A DNA stretch of 64,000 bases from Clostridiales bacterium GWF2_38_85 (GCA_001797275.1 MGOY01000006.1:4744-68743); one strand, 5' to 3'. Positions 49,539 to 58,426 are shown, numbered from the stretch's first letter. A program made the numbers and translations. The notes: generated from the sequence alone by a model not told the origin.

Positions 49539-49794
49539 TTTTCTGCCCCTTTCAAAATATAATTATTTCATAACGATTTACTCGATCGTGTTGGCTCATA
49601 TCCATAATCCCTTATATTAAAATCTGAGCTTTTTGACTATATCAAAATTCAGTATGAACATGCATATTAACAATTGTAAAATGCTCCTAAATATGTTATT
49701 AATAATGCCATTATACAATATTACATTTACTAAATCAATACGGCTATGTAAAATTCTAAGCGACCTCATATGAAGTCGCTTAATCTCTGAACTG

Positions 49795-50217
49795 TTATTT
49801 AATTTTCCTAACAGGTCGTAAAACCTGATACCCATGTCCTTCCGGATAATGGCGTTGATAATCCTGGCATTCATCTTCATTCCATTCGTATCCGATTGTT
49901 GTTGGGTCGAAGTTCCATGCTAATTCATGCACTCTTCTCATCACTTCCTCGTTTTCTGCAAGGTAATAAAATGGTGGGTGGCTAAAAACAAGATAATAGC
50001 TTGCCGGAAAAGGTCCTCTCATTTCAAAGCCTTCAGGTATTTCACCATTATAATCAGGCTCGACACCAACACCATAAAAATAATTTCTCTTTCCGTCCTT
50101 CCATGTCCAACCTGCTGTATGTCCACTAATAATCGGGTGTACATCTTTGAAACTTGATACAATTCCGCACATAAGATCGCAGTCATGCTGCGGCCATACT
50201 TCACCGTTTTTTGTCAT
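49795..50217 (-). CDS. GyrI-like small-molecule-binding domain protein
   Basis: ...GVGVEPDYNGEIPEGFEMRGPFPASYYLVFSHPPFYYL... effector-binding-domain pattern. Confidence 0.45.
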   Translation of the reverse strand: MTKNGEVWPQHDCDLMCGIVSSFKDVHPIISGHTAGWTWKDGKRNYFYGVGVEPDYNGEIPEGFEMRGPFPASYYLVFSHPPFYYLAENEEVMRRVHELAWNFDPTTIGYEWNEDECQDYQRHYPEGHGYQVLRPVRKIK

Positions 50218-50477
50218 TGAACGCTTAATAGACACCGATATAATTATGCTCAGTAATGTATTCCGTATGATAGATAGGTAAAACAAGATTTCCCATTGTT
50301 ATATCTCCTCGTATAATAGTTTTTATAATAGATTTTCTTCTCTTTTTCTTCTTCAAAAAAGAAGAGAAAAAGAAGAATGTCAACATAAGGTTGAGTCGCG
50401 CTTGCCGGATAATACGTTGCAGGGCGCTCAAATATATGCTATACTTGAAACAAATCAAGACAACCGGAGGATAATTA

Positions 50478-50674
50478 TGAACGGTATCGGAGGTAAAATC
50501 AAAGAACTCAGAAATAAGAAGGGTATGACACAGGAAACTCTTGCAGAAGCTCTTGGAGTCACGGCTCAAGCGGTTTCAAAATGGGAAAAGGGTATAAACT
50601 CACCTGATATATCGGTTCTGCGAGATATTGCAAATATTCTCGGCATAAGTGTCGATATGCTACCCTCCCAATAG
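50478..50674 (+). CDS. XRE-family HTH transcriptional regulator
   Basis: MNGIGGKIKELRNKKGMTQETLAEALGVTAQAVSKWEKGINSPDISVLRDIANILGISVD; RBS ggagg upstream. Confidence 0.75.
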
Positions 50675-50675
50675 A

Positions 50676-50795
50676 GCCTGTGATATGTACGCCGCCCACC
50701 ATGGAACGATACCGTTTTTTGAAAATCACGGGTTTCTGATTTATAAGGATTTAGGCAACGATGTCATCATGAGAAGGCATTTGGGGAAAAGGTAA
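50676..50795 (+). pseudogene. C-terminal fragment of a GNAT acetyltransferase paralogous to the 55699-56286 gene
   Basis: Translates ACDMYAAHHGTIPFFENHGFLIYKDLGNDVIMRRHLGKR*, versus the 55699 gene's C-terminus CDMYTAHHGTIPFFEKHGFQLYKTLGQDVMMRKPLGENL. Confidence 0.7.
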
Positions 50796-50861
50796 TTATT
50801 ACTGTATCGAAAACAAACTTTAACGACTTTTTGTTTTTTGTGATTGAATAAAGCAAGGCAC

Positions 50862-51078
50862 CCTATGTCATTTTTCGTAGAGCGCCTTGCTCATTTTCAT
50901 CCTTATTCCTCCACATCCACCGTCACGCCGGACTTAAATTCCACGGTGAATTTGTCCGCGGCAACCGAAGTTGCCGTGTAGACGGTGACTTTTTCAATCA
51001 GCCACCGGACAAGCGGCTCGTCATATTCCGTGATGGTGGTGAGCTGTTCTCGCAGAAAAGTGCCCATATCGGCTATGC
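50862..51078 (-). pseudogene. remnant 3' end of a large serine recombinase gene (copy R1) plus downstream att-like flank
   Basis: Minus-strand translation ...IADMGTFLREQLTTITEYDEPLVRWLIEKVTVYTATSVAADKFTVEFKSGVTVDVEE*; this resembles the C-terminal tail (DUF4368-like) of large serine recombinases; homologous blocks at 53740-54075 and 57565-57770. Confidence 0.6.
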
Positions 51079-51650
51079 TGCTTTATGTTTATATGCCCTC
51101 ATCGCAAAGATATAAGCCACAAGCATAATTCCGACGCACCACGCAAGAGCAACCCAAATATCATTTCCGACAGGTTGCCCAGACAGGAGCGCGCGGATGG
51201 CGTCCACTATCGAAGTAACCGGCTGATTTTCAGCAAAAGCGCGGACAGCCGACGGCATCGAATCGGTAGGCACAAACGCCGAACTGATAAACGGAAGAAA
51301 GATAAGCGGGTAGGAAAAGGCACATGCCCCCACAGCGCGGCCGAACGCGCAATCGGCATGGAGTGGAATCGTTCGAAGATACCGCTTTGCATATCCATAA
51401 ACAGACGGTAAGCTGTGTAGGATATGCCGCTTGCAATTGCAATCAGTAGGATGCCGGGCAGCAGGTAATTCACATAGTTGTCCGTTCCGGTTTTGATTGC
51501 GCCGCCGAGCACATAAACGAACAGCAGCATCATCGCGATAGGCGTGATGGTGACCGTGATGATGGTGTCCAGGCTGCGGAAAATATGGCGCATGGAACGT
51601 CCGAGCATCACGCCCATATCGCTGAAAAAATGTTTCTTAGTCGTTTCCAT
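51073..51650 (-). pseudogene. ABC-2 type transporter permease, frameshifted (two overlapping ORFs)
   Basis: N-terminal part 51207-51650 and C-terminal part 51073-51333 overlap in different frames; either an authentic frameshift or a sequencing error. Confidence 0.6.
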
Positions 51651-52409
51651 TTACTTTTCCTCCTTGTTGCCGATGATTGCAAGGAATATATCCTCTAATG
51701 TTGGTTGTTTTTCAACATACTCCACCTTTGCGGGTGGGAACAGCTTTTTCAGTTCCGCGAGTGTACCGTTGGCGATAATCCTGCCCTCATGAAGAATGGC
51801 AATTTGATCGGCGAGTTGCTCGGCTTCATCCAGCATCTGCGTGGTCAGGAATACCGTAGTGCCACTATTAGCAAGTTCTTTGATTGTATTCCAAACCTCG
51901 ATACGTCCTTCGGGGTCAAGCCCGGTGGTCGGCTCGTCGAGGAAAATGAGCTGCGGTTTTCCGATCAGGCTCATGGCGATGTCGAGCCTGCGGCGCATAC
52001 CGCCAGAATAGGTGGAAACCCTACGGTCGGCGGCATCGGTCAGGCCGAAGCGTTTCAGTAGATCGTCCGCAACCTGACGCGGATTTGTGAGATGCCGCAG
52101 TTTGGCGATCATGATCAAATTCTCTCGCCCGGTTAAGATCTCGTCCACGGCGGCGAATTGCCCAGTCAGACTGATCGACTGCCGCACATTATCAGGCTTT
52201 GACGCAACATCGAAGCCGTTGACAGCGGCAGTTCCGCCATCTTGTTTGAGCAGCGTGGTGAGGATTTTGACAATCGTTGTCTTGCCCGCGCCGTTGGAGC
52301 CGAGTAGGGCGAATATACTACCTTTTTCCACCTCGAAATCCACGCCCTTTAGGACTTTCGTTGTCTTGAAGGATTTTTGTAAATCCTTTACTTGAATTGC
52401 TTTTTCCAT
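51651..52409 (-). CDS. ABC transporter ATP-binding protein (DrrA-like)
   Basis: GSNGAGKTT, YSGGMRRRLDIAMSL, IFLDEPTTGLD. Confidence 0.9.
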   Translation of the reverse strand: MEKAIQVKDLQKSFKTTKVLKGVDFEVEKGSIFALLGSNGAGKTTIVKILTTLLKQDGGTAAVNGFDVASKPDNVRQSISLTGQFAAVDEILTGRENLIMIAKLRHLTNPRQVADDLLKRFGLTDAADRRVSTYSGGMRRRLDIAMSLIGKPQLIFLDEPTTGLDPEGRIEVWNTIKELANSGTTVFLTTQMLDEAEQLADQIAILHEGRIIANGTLAELKKLFPPAKVEYVEKQPTLEDIFLAIIGNKEEK

Positions 52410-52425
52410 TCCGATATCCCCCCTT

Positions 52426-52776
52426 TTACTTTGATTTATCTGTAACCTTTTTCATGGCTTTGTTAACTTTTTGGTCAGCAGATTCTTGATAGATGTCAGC
52501 GTAAGTTTTTGAATCTTTGATTAGATCGTCACAGAAAACCGCTACGTCACTGCCCGTCACTTCGAGCACGCCTTTCCCTACGGCCGCGCCCTCCTCAAAA
52601 AGATCGACAATTCCCGAGAACAAAACCATCCCGTCGGTTAGCTCGCCAGCGCCTCCCTTAAAAAGATATTTTTGAATCTCATTATAAACAATCTGATAAT
52701 CTTGCGGGAGCGCTTTGACACGCGCCATGTGCGCTCGCCACTCTTTTTTGCCTTCGATGATATCTTGTATACTCAT
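52426..52776 (-). CDS. DUF1048-family protein
   Basis: About 116 aa; ...KALPQDYQIVYNEIQKYLF... pattern typical of DUF1048 proteins found in PadR operons. Confidence 0.55.
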   Translation of the reverse strand: MSIQDIIEGKKEWRAHMARVKALPQDYQIVYNEIQKYLFKGGAGELTDGMVLFSGIVDLFEEGAAVGKGVLEVTGSDVAVFCDDLIKDSKTYADIYQESADQKVNKAMKKVTDKSK

Positions 52777-52785
52777 TTTATCCTC

Positions 52786-53133
52786 CTATTTACCTAATTT
52801 TTTAGCGATATTATTGTTGAGTTGCTCGCGCCACTTTTCGCGAAAAGACTTTGCCCCTTCTTCGCCGGCCAACGCTGAACAGAAGCCCTTGATATCGTCA
52901 CCCAAAACCTCCCCGACACTCTGACCGTCCGACACCGCTTCTTCGAGCAGGCCAAGCACACCGTCAAGAATTGGCATGAGGTTGCGACCGGTGAAATCTG
53001 AGTGAGTCCAAAGATTGGCATTAATTTTCTCCCATGCCGCTTGATAATCAGTCGGCAGCTTTTTGACTCGCGATTCAAAAGTTTTAAATTCTTTAGTCAT
53101 GTCGCTGCCCGTGATTTTTTCCCAAAAATTCAT
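52786..53133 (-). CDS. DUF1048-family protein (paralogue)
   Basis: ...KKLPTDYQAAWEKINANLW... paralogous to the previous ORF. Confidence 0.55.
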   Translation of the reverse strand: MNFWEKITGSDMTKEFKTFESRVKKLPTDYQAAWEKINANLWTHSDFTGRNLMPILDGVLGLLEEAVSDGQSVGEVLGDDIKGFCSALAGEEGAKSFREKWREQLNNNIAKKLGK

Positions 53134-53465
53134 TATTTTCTCTCCTTTAGCTCGTTAATTTTTGATGATACGAACTCCCATTTTTCCCAGAACTTCCGCA
53201 GCTCCTTGCGCCCCGCGTCGTTGAGCGCGAAAAACTTTCGCGGCGGTCCCATATCGGATGGCTTTTTCGTAATTTCCACCAACTTGTTTTTCTCAAGCCG
53301 CACCAAGATGGTATAAACTGTCCCATCCACAACGTCTGAAAATCCGAGGGCGTTCAGCCGCCGCGTGATTTCGTAGCCGTAGGTTTCCCCTCTGCTGATG
53401 ATTTCAAGGACGCAGCCTTCAAGCACCCCTTTGAGCATTTCTGTTAGATTTTCCAGTACAATCAC
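53133..53465 (-). CDS. PadR-family transcriptional regulator
   Basis: LKGVLEGCVLEIISRGETYGYEITRRLNALGFSDVVDGTVYTILVRLEKNKLVE. Confidence 0.8.
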   Translation of the reverse strand: MIVLENLTEMLKGVLEGCVLEIISRGETYGYEITRRLNALGFSDVVDGTVYTILVRLEKNKLVEITKKPSDMGPPRKFFALNDAGRKELRKFWEKWEFVSSKINELKERK

Positions 53466-53739
53466 CCCTTGCTATTCTGTACAACTGATATTACGTATTA
53501 CTTACTACTGCTATATAGTAACACACAATAGTGTAGCTGTCAAGCAAAAAATAGACCTGTAAAAGTAAAACGGCTGGCGTCAGGGCTTTAGCGTAAATAT
53601 GTGCATTAATAACACGATATCTATACTCATAGCTGCCTTCAATGATACATGCGGCAATCTTATTCAGATCATGCAAAAGTAACTTCATGAGCCAGTTCTA
53701 AACGCCTTTTTTATCTTCGATTCGAATACAAAATAAATC

Positions 53740-54075
53740 AAAGCACCCTATGCTAAAATTTTCATAGAGTTCCTCGTTTATTTTCAGGCTTATTCATGTA
53801 CATCCACCGTTACGCCGGACCTGAATTCTACGGTGAATTTGTCCGCGGCAACAAAGTTGCCGTGTAGACGGTTACTTTTTCAATCAGCCGCCGGACAAGC
53901 GGCTCGTCGTATTCGGTGATGGCGGTTGACTGCTCCTACAGGAATGCGCTCATATCGGCTATCCGTTTGCGTAATTCATCCCGCCCGGCACTTTCCAGCT
54001 GAAGCTTCTGCTTTTCTTCACGCAGGTGGTAAATTTCCTCGGCGACATTCTTGAATATTGACTTGCTTCCGAGAA
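53740..54075 (-). pseudogene. remnant 3' end of a large serine recombinase gene (copy R2) with an in-frame stop
   Basis: Minus-strand translation ...EEIYHLREEKQKLQLESAGRDELRKRIADMSAFL*EQSTAITEYDEPLVRRLIEKVTVYTA...; nt homology to R1 and R3. Confidence 0.6.
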
Positions 54076-54165
54076 CGGATGTATGCTATAATATGGATGT
54101 GTTTCCACGCACGGAAAATGCCTATATAAACGCTAAGAAACCCGACTTTGAAAATCCAATTTTTT

Positions 54166-54255
54166 TGTTCCGCGACAGAGCAGAATAGATGATTGGCTTT
54201 CGCGACAGAACGGATAGGATGTTTTTTTCGGCGAGAGAGCAGATTGGATGTCGGC
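54166..54255. repeat. three imperfect ~28-bp direct repeats (iteron/att-like)
   Basis: cgcgacagagcagaatagatg / cgcgacagaacggataggatg / cggcgagagagcagattggatg; one related copy at about 57822-57845 (ccggagacagagtaggttggc). Confidence 0.55.
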
Positions 54256-54341
54256 ATGAAACTGGCAGTTTATGCGAGCAATAAATCGGAATTTATTACG
54301 AAGATTATTTATATAACATTTAGGAGAATTCAGTCAGCATT

Positions 54342-55247
54342 ATGAAAATCGACCGATTATATGCGATAACCGTATATTTACTGAATCACAGAAAAACACC
54401 CGCTGCGGAGCTTGCTAAAAAGTTTGAAGTTTCAATACGCACGGTACAACGTGATATTGACGCACTCTGTCAGGCAGGTATTCCGATTACCGCTGAAACC
54501 GGCGCATCCGGAGGTTATTACCTTACCGACACATTTCGCATGGACGGACATACGGCGACGCAGGAGGACTATTCTTTTATTCTCACTGCTCTGAAGGGTT
54601 TTTCATCCGCAATAAACGATCCAAAAATCAATGTAACGTTGGAAAAACTGTCGGCACTGACAAAAGATAAAAATGAGAGTATTATTTTGAATTTTTCAGT
54701 GCTGCGAGAAGGCGATGAAAAGCTTCTGCAAACGCTCCAGTCCGCAATACGGACAAGGCATCCGCTCAGATTCACCTATACGAATGCGGATAGTATAATG
54801 CGCATACATACTGTCGAACCGATCGCTGTCGTTTATCGCTGGTATGCCTGGTATCTGCTTGCTTACTCAACTGTTGAAGATGATTACCGAACATATAAAC
54901 TCGTTCGCATGAGTAATGCGGAGGTTGTAAATGCTCCATTCATAAAAGAGCATGACACGGCGGAAACAATACTGAGAGAAAATGATAGAAAAAATACGCA
55001 GGTTTGCACGGCGGTAGCCGTTCGTTGCAAGCCGGATGCGAGAGCAAAAGCTATTGAATATCTAAACGGAAAAATTACCCGTGAATATGAAAACGGATGC
55101 GAAATGACGCTTTATGTTATCGAAAACGAGCATTTTTGGCTTGGAACTCTGCTCTCTCTCGGCGACGGAATTGAGATTATAGAACCAGAACATATAAGGG
55201 CGCGTGTTCTTGATGCCGCGAAAAAAAATCGTTTCTCTATACGATAA
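54342..55247 (+). CDS. YafY-type transcriptional regulator with HTH and WYL domains
   Basis: MKIDRLYAITVYLLNHRKTPAAELAKKFEVSIRTVQRDIDALCQAGIPI (HTH_11-like); 301 aa with WYL-type middle region. Confidence 0.7.
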   Translation: MKIDRLYAITVYLLNHRKTPAAELAKKFEVSIRTVQRDIDALCQAGIPITAETGASGGYYLTDTFRMDGHTATQEDYSFILTALKGFSSAINDPKINVTLEKLSALTKDKNESIILNFSVLREGDEKLLQTLQSAIRTRHPLRFTYTNADSIMRIHTVEPIAVVYRWYAWYLLAYSTVEDDYRTYKLVRMSNAEVVNAPFIKEHDTAETILRENDRKNTQVCTAVAVRCKPDARAKAIEYLNGKITREYENGCEMTLYVIENEHFWLGTLLSLGDGIEIIEPEHIRARVLDAAKKNRFSIR

Positions 55248-55316
55248 ACTATGACATACTGCTGTCGTAGATGCTTTGCTATAATAGGGATACTAAACAA
55301 TTAGGAGGTATTTACG

Positions 55317-55709
55317 ATGATAAACAGGTATAATCTCGATAACGAATTTGCAAACGAATGTGCTTATTCTGAGGTTGTTGAGGCTGGCGATTTTGTTTTT
55401 GTTACATTTTGTGTAGGCAATGTGGGACAATCGATAGAAGCACAGGTGAATGGCGCTTTGGATAATTTGGAAAACCGCCTGAATTTAGTGAAATTATCTC
55501 TCAACGCTGTCGTCAAAGTCGACGTTATGATGCGTGACCCATGGAATATACCGATAATGGAACAGGTTTTCAAACAACGTTTTAAGGGAGGTTACCCAGC
55601 AAGAAAAACCATATCAACGGAATTCGCCCATAATGGCGGTGTAAACGGATTACAGGTACAAATAGACGCAATCGCATATAAAGGACTGGTGAACAAAGAT
55701 GAAACTTGA
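55317..55709 (+). CDS. RidA/YjgF-family (Rid) protein
   Basis: 130 aa with a chorismate-mutase-like fold pattern (...NLVKLSLNAVVKVDVMMRD...). Confidence 0.5.
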   Translation: MINRYNLDNEFANECAYSEVVEAGDFVFVTFCVGNVGQSIEAQVNGALDNLENRLNLVKLSLNAVVKVDVMMRDPWNIPIMEQVFKQRFKGGYPARKTISTEFAHNGGVNGLQVQIDAIAYKGLVNKDET

Positions 55710-56286
55710 CATTCGGCGATTAACCCCGGATATGCTTGACGATTATCTCCATTTCTTTTTGGATATCGCCTTTACTGACCATCCGGAATGGTCCGGGTGT
55801 TGCTGTGTACATTTCCATTGGAACGAAAAATATGAAGCCGAATTTCACAGCGGTGAAAAAAGCGGTACGGACTGGGCTGTAGAAATGGTCAAAGGCGGTA
55901 TCATACAGGGGTATCTTGCGTATATGAACGGTCAGGTTGTCGGATGGTGCAACGCAAACGACAAGCATAATTACGATGTTTTGAAAGTACGCAGTGAACT
56001 GTGGGACGAGAGCGACAAAACCAACCGGGTTAAATCTATAGTGTGTTTTCTTGTTGCGCCGGATATGCGAGGGAAAGGTATAGCGACAAAACTTCTTGAA
56101 CGTGTCTGTGAAGACGCGGAAGCGGAGGGTTATAACTATATAGAGGGATATCCGCCTGCCGGTGAATGTGACATGTATACTGCTCACCACGGAACAATAC
56201 CGTTCTTTGAAAAGCACGGATTTCAACTTTATAAAACTTTAGGGCAGGATGTTATGATGAGAAAGCCGCTCGGAGAAAATCTATGA
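55699..56286 (+). CDS. GNAT-family N-acetyltransferase
   Basis: VGWCNA...; RGKGIATKLLERV (acetyl-CoA binding motif A-like). Confidence 0.65.
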   Translation: MKLDIRRLTPDMLDDYLHFFLDIAFTDHPEWSGCCCVHFHWNEKYEAEFHSGEKSGTDWAVEMVKGGIIQGYLAYMNGQVVGWCNANDKHNYDVLKVRSELWDESDKTNRVKSIVCFLVAPDMRGKGIATKLLERVCEDAEAEGYNYIEGYPPAGECDMYTAHHGTIPFFEKHGFQLYKTLGQDVMMRKPLGENL

Positions 56287-57488
56287 TTACTTTATCCAAC
56301 CGGCAAGCGAGGCAACTTATGCTCCTTAAGCACGGACTGCTTGGCGAATATAAATTTGTTGGCAAACAGGGCGCACTTGATTTCATACATCAAGTGGGCT
56401 GCATTCAATTTGACCCTGTGGATTCCTGCGGAAAGAATGCAGAGCTTACCTTGCAGTCGCGGGTTAAAGGCTTTACCAAGCAAACGCTGAACGAGCTTTT
56501 GTATATAGACCGCAGGCTTGTGGATTATCCCGATAAAAATCTCTCGATTATTCCCGTCGAAAACTGGCCGTATTTCGCGCGGTACCGCCAATCGGCAAAA
56601 GAGAGCGGCTTGCGCTTTGATGGGCTTGCTGAATTAGAGGCACAAGCGATTGACTATCTTAAGACAAACAGTCCTGTCAACTCTGATGAGCTACCCATAT
56701 CCGGCAGTATACATTGGCATTCATCAATCCACTGGAGCGGTGGTTGGAACGGAAACACCAACGCAGCGCGCGCGGTTTTAGAGCAGCTCTATTCCACCGG
56801 AGAGCTTGTTATCCACCACAAGAACGGCACACGAAAGTATTACGATCTTGCCAAAAAATACATACCAGCCGAATTACTGATCGCCGACGACCCCCTGCCA
56901 GATGAATTCGAGCATCAGAAGTGGCGCGTTCTGCGACGTATCGGAGCGGTTGGGCTTCTGTGGAATCGCCCGTCCGACGCGTGGCTGAATATATGGGGCT
57001 TGAAATCGCGGCAGAGAAACGAAGTGTTCAAAGAATTGCTTGATGAAGGGAAAATCCTTGAAATCAAGGTGGAGGATTTGAAGGATAATCTGTTCTGTCG
57101 TGCTGAGGATTTATCGCTTATTGAAACCGTTCTGCAAAAAGATAAATTCAAACCACGCTGCGAACTGATCGCACCGCTTGACTGCATGATGTGGGACAGA
57201 AAGCTCATTCGTGCCCTGTTCGGCTTTGATTACACATGGGAGATCTACACTCCAGCTGACAAGCGGAAGTATGGCTTTTATGTTTTGCCATTACTTTATT
57301 GTGATAACTTTATCGGTCGTTTGGAATCAGTTGCCAATAAAAAAACAAGCACGCTGACGGTTAAGAATATCTGGTATGAGGACAGCGTAAAGCAGAACAA
57401 TATAATCCGAACGGCGATAGAAAAGTGTATAAAACGATTTGCGAAATTTAACGAATGCAATAAAATTAACACTAACGGGCCTGACTAA
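56283..57488 (+). CDS. winged-helix YcaQ/AlkZ-family protein (putative DNA glycosylase for crosslinked/alkylated DNA)
   Basis: About 400 aa; N-terminus MITLSNRQARQLMLLKHGLLGEY typical of YcaQ-family (DUF1006) proteins. Confidence 0.5.
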   Translation: MITLSNRQARQLMLLKHGLLGEYKFVGKQGALDFIHQVGCIQFDPVDSCGKNAELTLQSRVKGFTKQTLNELLYIDRRLVDYPDKNLSIIPVENWPYFARYRQSAKESGLRFDGLAELEAQAIDYLKTNSPVNSDELPISGSIHWHSSIHWSGGWNGNTNAARAVLEQLYSTGELVIHHKNGTRKYYDLAKKYIPAELLIADDPLPDEFEHQKWRVLRRIGAVGLLWNRPSDAWLNIWGLKSRQRNEVFKELLDEGKILEIKVEDLKDNLFCRAEDLSLIETVLQKDKFKPRCELIAPLDCMMWDRKLIRALFGFDYTWEIYTPADKRKYGFYVLPLLYCDNFIGRLESVANKKTSTLTVKNIWYEDSVKQNNIIRTAIEKCIKRFAKFNECNKINTNGPD

Positions 57489-57564
57489 ATAAATTTCTGA
57501 TGTTTCAAACTCCATATAGTAAAGGCAACCTACGCCCAAAATCGTAGAGTACCATACTCGCTTT

Positions 57565-57770
57565 TTATGTATTATGCTTCCACATCCACCGTTACGCCGG
57601 ACTTGAATTCCACGGTGAACCTGTCCTCAAAAACCGTAACCTTTTCAAACAACCGCCGGAACAAACTGCCCCCACTATCAAGTGGGGGTATATTTGTTGA
57701 TTGCGGCGGGCTGCTCTTGCAGGAATGCGCTCATATAGGAAATCCGTTTTTGCAACATTATTGATTGATT
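57565..57770 (-). pseudogene. remnant 3' end of a large serine recombinase gene (copy R3)
   Basis: nt homology to R1 and R2 (ccacatccaccgttacgccggacttgaattccacggtgaa...); the tail translates ...VDVEA*. Confidence 0.55.
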
Positions 57771-57929
57771 TTTCCATAAATATATGATAAACTTAGTTCT
57801 GCCACTTGTATGTCATAGTCCGGAGACAGAGTAGGTTGGCACTTAACATGAAACCGATAGTTTATGTGAGCAATAAACCGGAACTATGAATACTTATATT
57901 TTGCACGGCTCAATTACGGAGGTACGAAA

Positions 57930-58178
57930 GTGTATTTAGATAAATTTATATTGCCCATAGAGGAAGAATCCTCATTGATAGAACAACAAGCTGAACGTAA
58001 TGGTGGTGAATTCGGATATATCGACAATACTTACCCCTGCGGCATTTTCTCAAAAAAACGGTTTCCCGAGTTTAGTTTTTCAAAAATTACTATTCTATAT
58101 GGAGGAAACGGCTCGGGTAAAAGCACACTTCTGAATCTCATAGCTAATAAGCTGGAACTATATAAAACTAATAAATGA
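57930..58178 (+). pseudogene. truncated AAA/ABC-type ATPase gene (N-terminal 82 aa only), ending inside repeat element copy C
   Basis: P-loop ILYGGNGSGKSTLLNLIA; the ORF terminates at TAA supplied by the element's terminal repeat. Confidence 0.6.
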
Positions 58179-58263
58179 ATTACCTTAGCAATTTAAAAGA
58201 AGCCTATACTTTTTGGCTTTTTTAAATTAATAAAATCACAACTCATTTGTTAGTTTAATATAG
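58158..58263 (+). mobile_element. MITE-like nested inverted-repeat element, copy C
   Basis: CTATATAAAACTAATAAATGAAT...AAAAGAAGCCtatactttttGGCTTTTTT...CATTTGTTAGTTTAATATAG. Confidence 0.7.
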
Positions 58264-58426
58264 ATACTAATCCAGTCGACATAAAGCAATGGTGGGAATT
58301 GGAAAACACAAAAGTGTACTTTGATTTTTTTAATAAGCATAAAAGGCTGTTTCTCGACGAAAAAATAAGCTATAAATAAAGTAACTGCTGGTATTGTCAT
58401 ATGATATCTATTTTTTATAGGGAGCA

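Noticed and set aside
53491-53688. 65-aa minus-strand ORF between the PadR gene and recombinase remnant R2
   Set aside because: It sits in the PadR promoter and the conserved att-like flank. It has no RBS or domain. Treated as non-coding.
54018-54257. 79-aa minus-strand ORF over recombinase remnant R2 and the direct repeats
   Set aside because: A different frame from the recombinase-like translation. It spans iteron-like repeats and is an artefact of the decayed region.
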